This document shows, one piece after another, positions 59,166 to 64,000 of a stretch of DNA of 64,000 bases. Source of the stretch: Macrostomum lignano (taxonomy: Eukaryota); NCBI GenBank assembly GCA_002269645.1, contig NIVC01000140.1:496001-560000 (forward strand), read 5' to 3'. The position numbers were made by a program, and so were the translations under genes. The notes beneath the pieces are model-generated. The model was not told the origin of the DNA, ran no database searches, and was given only the letters and a program-made list of their open reading frames with translations. Each line of letters starts with the position of its first letter. Within the stretch, counting starts at the first letter, position 1.

Positions 59166-61579
59166 CCGCAGCGCCAGTACGCTGAGCAGCTTCGGCAGAT
59201 GATGTTCGGCCTTGGCGACTTGCCCGAGCCCTGCGGCGGCAGCCTCGACCTGGTGGAGGATTTCCTCCGCCTGCGGCTCTCCCGCTGGGCTGCGGCCGCC
59301 GTGGCTGCGCACGAGCGGCGGGACGGCCCGCATGAGGCGGAGGTGTCAGCGGCGGACCTGGTGGCGGCCCTCCGCTCCAACAGGCGGGCGCTGGCGCACT
59401 GCATCCGCTACCACCGCCTGCTGGCCGAGAGGCGCGCTGCCTGCCGCCTCGAGAACGGCGGCGACGGGGCTGAGGAGGCCGCTGAGATCGACGGACCTGA
59501 GCTGGTTGAGCAGCTGGCAGAGGGCGCTGACTGCGGGTGAGTAGCGGGTGGCTGATGTGGGTGAGTAGCGGGTGGCTGCTGTGGGTGAGTAGCGGGTGGC
59601 TGCTGTGGGTGAGTAGCGGGTGGCTGCTGTGGGTGAGTAGCGGGTGGCTGCTGTGGGTGAGTAGCGGGTGGCTGCTGTGGGTGAGTAGCGGGTGGCTGCT
59701 GTGGGTGAGTAGCGGGTGGCTGCTGTGGGTGAGTAGCGGGTGGCTGCTGTGGGTGAGTAGCGGGTGGCTGCTGTGGGTGAGTAGCGGGTGGCTGCTGTGG
59801 GTGAGTAGCGGGTGGCTGCTGTGGGTGAGTAGCGGGTGGCTGCTGTGGGTGAGTAGCGGGTGGCTGCTGTGGGTGAGTAGCGGGTGGCTGCTGTGGGTGA
59901 GTAGCGGGTGGCTGCTGTGGGTGAGTAGCGGGTGGCTGCTGTGGGTGAGTAGCGGGTGGCTGCTGTGGGTGAGTAGCGGGTGGCTGCTGTGGGTGAGTAG
60001 CGGGTGGCTGCTGTGGGTGAGTAGCGGGTGGCTGCTGTGGGTGAGTAGCGGGTGGCTGCTGTGGGTGAGTAGCGGGTGGCTGCTGTGGGTGAGTAGCGGG
60101 TGGCTGCTGTGGGTGAGTAGCGGGTGGCTGCTGTGGGTGAGTAGCGGGTGGCTGCTGTGGGTGAGTAGCGGGTGGCTGCTGTGGGTGAGTAGCGGGTGGC
60201 TGCTGTGGGTGAGTAGCGGGTGGCTGCTGTGGGTGAGTAGCGGGTGGCTGCTGTAGGTGAGCAGAGCTGAGCTCTGAGCACCACGTTTTCAAAGTCAGCT
60301 TATTGTTAACTGGCTGTGGGTCATGTCCTCCCGCTTATAAATCCAACCAAGGCCATTAATGACTTTTAAATATTAATTTTTAGTATATCGGATTCGAAGC
60401 TTGGGGGTTGCAAGAGTTCAGGTTTTTGGTATTACCGATAGGATCATGCACGCTTATCTACTGCCAGTAAAGCGCTAAGCAAATTTTAGTGCACATGTTT
60501 CCAATAAACAGAAAATCTGAATGACGGCTGCTTCTCGAATAATAGCAGATTCTCTATTAGAACTGCAGATTCCCAATTAGAACTGCAGATTCCCAATTAG
60601 AACTGCAGATTCCCAATCAGAATGGCAGATTCCCAATTAGAACTGCAGATTCCCAATTAGAACTGCAGATTCCCAATTAGAACTGCAGATTCTCAATTAG
60701 AACTGCAGATTCCCAATTAGAACTGCAGATTCTCAATTAAAACTGCAGATTCTCAATTAAAACTGCAGATTCCCAATTAGAACTGCAGATTCTCAATTAA
60801 AACTGCAGATTCCCAATTAGAACTGCAGATTCCCAATTAGAACTGCAGATTCTCAATTAGAACTGCAGATTCCCAATTAGAACTGCAGATTCTCAATTAA
60901 AACTGCAGATTCTCAATTAAAACTGCAGATTCCCAATTAGAACTGCAGATTCTCAATTAAAACTGCAGATTCCCAATTAGAACTGCAGATTCCCAATTAG
61001 AACTGCAGATTCCCAATCAGAATGGCAGATTCCCAATTAGAACTTCAGATTCCCAATCATATCAGCAGATTCCCCATCAGAATAGCAGTTCCCCACTACT
61101 ACCCAACCTCAATTCCCCCGCCCCACTTTCACCCCCGCAGCGAGCGCTCCCTGCCGCCCTTCCTGGAGTCGGCGCTGCCGGAGGCGGCGGACGCCCTGGC
61201 GCAGCTGCAGGCGGAGCAGCAGCAGCGGCTGCAGCGGCTCAACCGGTGCTCGGAGGGCCTCAGCCCCGCAGACTACGCACGGTTCGCCCGCAGCCGCCGC
61301 TGCTGCCTTGTCGGTCACGGCGGGGGCTCCGCCAGCCGCTCGGATCTGCGCCGCTTCCGCAGCTGGCTGGGCCCGGCCGGCCACAGCCTGAGCTCCGCCG
61401 CCTGCCGGCTGCTCAGTTATCTGGCCCACCAGGCCGTGGCCGAGCTGCTGGACACTGTCAAGCTGCGCCGGGCGGAGACCTGGCCGTCTGAGGCGCTTCT
61501 GCTGGAGGCCGAGGTCTGCGCTTCCGCTGCTGAGCTGCGCGAGGCCATGCAGCTGCGCGCCGCCTCCGCTGCCAGATAA
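59166..61579 (+). CDS. SUPT3H: Divergent SPT3 homolog (SAGA histone-fold subunit), join(about 59166..59536,61141..61579); 5' end uncertain
   Basis: YAEQLRQMMFGLGD...DLVEDF...SAADLVAALRSNRRAL parallels the Spt3 N-terminal fold. LQRLNR...ADYARFARSR...FRSWL...LLSYLAHQAVAELLD parallels the second fold. Phase-2 donor GG|GTGAGT (59537) and acceptor CCCCCGCAG|C (61140) join in frame. Confidence 0.85.
59535..60256. repeat. 24-bp intronic minisatellite (GGGTGAGTAGCGGGTGGCTGCTGT), 30 copies, starting at the splice donor
   Basis: Unit starts at 59535+24k up to 60231. Confidence 0.97.
60548..61085. repeat. 20-bp intronic minisatellite (AACTGCAGATTCYCAATTAR), about 26 copies
   Basis: Second array in the SUPT3H intron, ending about 55 bp before the acceptor. 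Confidence 0.95.
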
Positions 61580-62882
61580 TTGGCCTGCACTTTTATAGTG
61601 CTCATGCACTTTTATAGTGCTCATGCACTTTTGTAGTGCTCATGCACTTCTATAGTGCATATGAATTATGTAAATTTTAGTGCACATGTACTTCTACGAG
61701 TTGCAAGCTCGGGCATTTTCTGTGGATGGCGATTGTAATGTGCATTGACTTATAACGTAATTAATTAACTTGACGCCGGCTTTTACGAGTATTGTGTACT
61801 TTGGACTGTGTTCATATTTTACATGGTAAGAATGTGCTGTGCTTTTAGAATCATTATATATGCTGCATTAGTTTCAGAATTTTGCTTTCATCCTCCTGTT
61901 GCATTTTGCCTTTGATTTTTGCATTCAGCTCTTAAATACAGCCAGTTCACGCCACAAGTTTCACATGCGCAGCTTCTAGAACTTACTGGTGCCTTTTAAA
62001 ACTTATTTTTCAACTCAGAGCTGTCTGTCGAAAGGAAAGAAGCAAATCCCTTGCGGTGTCTGCAAAAAGGTTGCATACTAATAGTTAAATCAAACTTTTG
62101 TCCTCAGGTGAGGTCCTGGCTCAGCGGTTGAGACCAGCTGACACCGAGTAAGAACTCGGGAATCGGTCCTGGCTTATCGCGAGAACCTTCAAATTAATTT
62201 TGGTAACCAAAGAAACTCGCAGTTGCGGTTCGTGGCAGAATTAAATTTTGTGCTTGCTAGATAATACCAAATATAGTGAGTCAGGTGTCCAGTCCGCAAC
62301 TATCTTATGCTTACATGATAGACCGTGGTAGATTTTGCATATATGGTTTTGGAGGTAGACAGAATATGTATAAATAATCATGATTCATTCTCTCGTGACT
62401 AAAATTAACCATTGTTTCATGGATGCATTTTTAGTAGCCTTAATGATTTCGAAGTGTTGAGTAATGGGCGTACAGCATGGGACAGTGATAGCTTACAGAC
62501 AGGCCTCTAAAGGCCGGCCGTATTATGAGTGAGGCTCATAGCTCAAACTCGCCATACCGTATTCAAGACTATTTCATAGTCAACGAGAACGTATAATGCA
62601 TAATTCAAAACAATTAATGGTTTGGGTTGGGTTAGCGCCCACGCAGTTTCTCTTTGTACCGTTGTTTAAATAACTATCAACCCCCCAAAACATTTGCTGC
62701 GAGTCTTCTGGTTTACGCGTTCGCAGGCTGCTGGCTTGGCCCTCAAACCTCAGCTTCTTTATTTTCCTTTGGGCATTGAGATCGGCTAGTCTAGAGCTGG
62801 TCTGTCTGGATAGCTGCGGTCGAGACGAGTAAAGGTCATTGTTTTTTACGCTCCGATGTAAGCACTTTTCCACTGCTTACAT

Positions 62883-62995
62883 TTCTCCTCTTCTCTCCTC
62901 TCCTCTGCTCTCCTCTTTCCTCTCCTCTCCTCTCCTCTCCTCTCCTCTCCTCTCCTCTCCTATTCTCTCCTCTCCTCTGCTCTCCTCTCCCCTCT
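62883..62995. repeat. (CCTCT)n microsatellite
   Basis: Pyrimidine pentamer tract. Confidence 0.9.
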
Positions 62996-63713
62996 CACCA
63001 GATCGAGCGTATTTCATCATTACTGTTGCTGCCCGGCCTCTATAAAATTGGTAACAAATGCCCAGCGCCATTTTCCGGTATTACTTTTGAAAGACCGGCT
63101 AGATCTTGGCTAGAACAGTCAAAGAGCTCCATTCATAACTGTGAAATAAAATAATGTATTAAATTTTACTGGAAATTGCTGAATTATGATTATAATCTAT
63201 ATTTCGCAGGGAGATACAGATTTGTACACACAAACATGCAAAGTTCTAATTGTGTTCTTAACGCCACTATACTACTGTTAGTGGGATTAGGAAAATTCTT
63301 AGAATTAAAGGAAAGTTTGAAATGGATCTTTGCATTAGCTTTCACAGAAATAGGTGCGTTATTAGGTAAATAAAAAACAAACCACTCTGAAGCATCGATG
63401 AACAAATAGCGAGTAGACGATAGAATAGCACATAGCGTGTGCTCAATACAGAACTAGGTTAGTGAAGACAACCATTTTTTTATTTAGCATGCACAACATG
63501 TTACTCTGCTGTATTTTATATAGTTATGCAGTAAAAGTTTCATTTCCTATTTTTTCTTTTTATAAGCCTAAAGTTGTACAATAAATACAAAACTGGCATT
63601 AGCTAACATTTTTATACTGCTAGTGGAAAGATTTATTTTTCAATGAGTAATTGGATTAATCCAGTTCTTAGTCTGTTGCGATCTTACTAAGGATTTCCTC
63701 GTTTGCACGGCGT

Positions 63714-63998
63714 TTACGAGTATTTGTCGAATAGTAGTAAAGCGAATCGCCGAGCCGTTTTGGGCACCTTGTTCATCAACTCAACCCTAGCGATCGCCGC
63801 ACTCGCGTTCTGCATGATTGGCTTCGCCGCCTCCGCAGCCAGTTGAGCAACTTGCGACTTCGTTGCCTCTTTTGCAGTGTCGGCCAGAGCTTCCTCCAGA
63901 ATATAAGTTGCAGACTTCTGGCCAAAAGTTTCCATCGCTTCTTTGGCTCCGTCAGCAGCCATGGACATGGCTGTGTCCTTCAGTACATCACTAGCACT
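63714..63998 (-). CDS. Partial hypothetical Ala/Glu/Lys-rich helical protein, 5' end beyond window
   Basis: Frame stays open to the window edge (SASDVLKDTAMSMAADGAKEAM...FDKYS*); non-repetitive; no family recognised. Confidence 0.4.
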   Translation of the reverse strand, partial: SASDVLKDTAMSMAADGAKEAMETFGQKSATYILEEALADTAKEATKSQVAQLAAEAAKPIMQNASAAIARVELMNKVPKTARRFALLLFDKYS

Positions 63999-64000
63999 CG

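Noticed and set aside
60251-60262. Recursive splice site TGTAG|GTGAGC in the SUPT3H intron
   Set aside because: It is in register with the 24-bp array (31st unit variant) and lacks a polypyrimidine tract.
62105-62250. tRNA or snRNA/SL RNA gene (TGGCTCAGCGGTTGAG; AATTTTGG Sm-like)
   Set aside because: It has an A-box-like start but no B box or cloverleaf, and no SL exon with terminal ATG and donor. At most a degenerate SINE head.

Overview
Eukaryotic (metazoan) genomic DNA. GC-rich compact genes with GT-AG introns sit in an AT-rich background, and roughly a quarter of the window (hand tally about 17-18 kb) is made of unrelated single-locus mini/microsatellites. This style suggests a free-living flatworm such as Macrostomum, which is inference only. 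The left 35 kb holds an expanded cluster of nine MS4A/CD20-like four-TM loci: one partial, two created by a near-identical 7.6 kb tandem duplication, one pseudogene, and one inverted with an out-of-frame ATG. Three carry 10-17 GYPG(Q/P)QA heptad repeats and five end in PPxY motifs. Other genes: two-exon GRWD1, a secreted/GPI-type single PAN/Apple-domain protein, an orphan with a DSGYSS degron, a divergent intronless TAF4, a divergent two-exon SUPT3H, and a partial ORF at the right edge. Mobile remnants: a decayed RNase H-bearing LINE 3' end, a tRNA/CORE-like SINE, a degenerate minimal hammerhead of Penelope type (all three duplicated) and Helitron-like termini. The most interesting signals are (i) paralogs whose reading frames begin at phase-0 splice acceptors with no good start codon, compatible with a spliced-leader-donated AUG and polycistronic expression, and (ii) intronic tandem repeats whose units copy the adjacent splice site tens of times. 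No CRISPR, rRNA or intact tRNA is supported.
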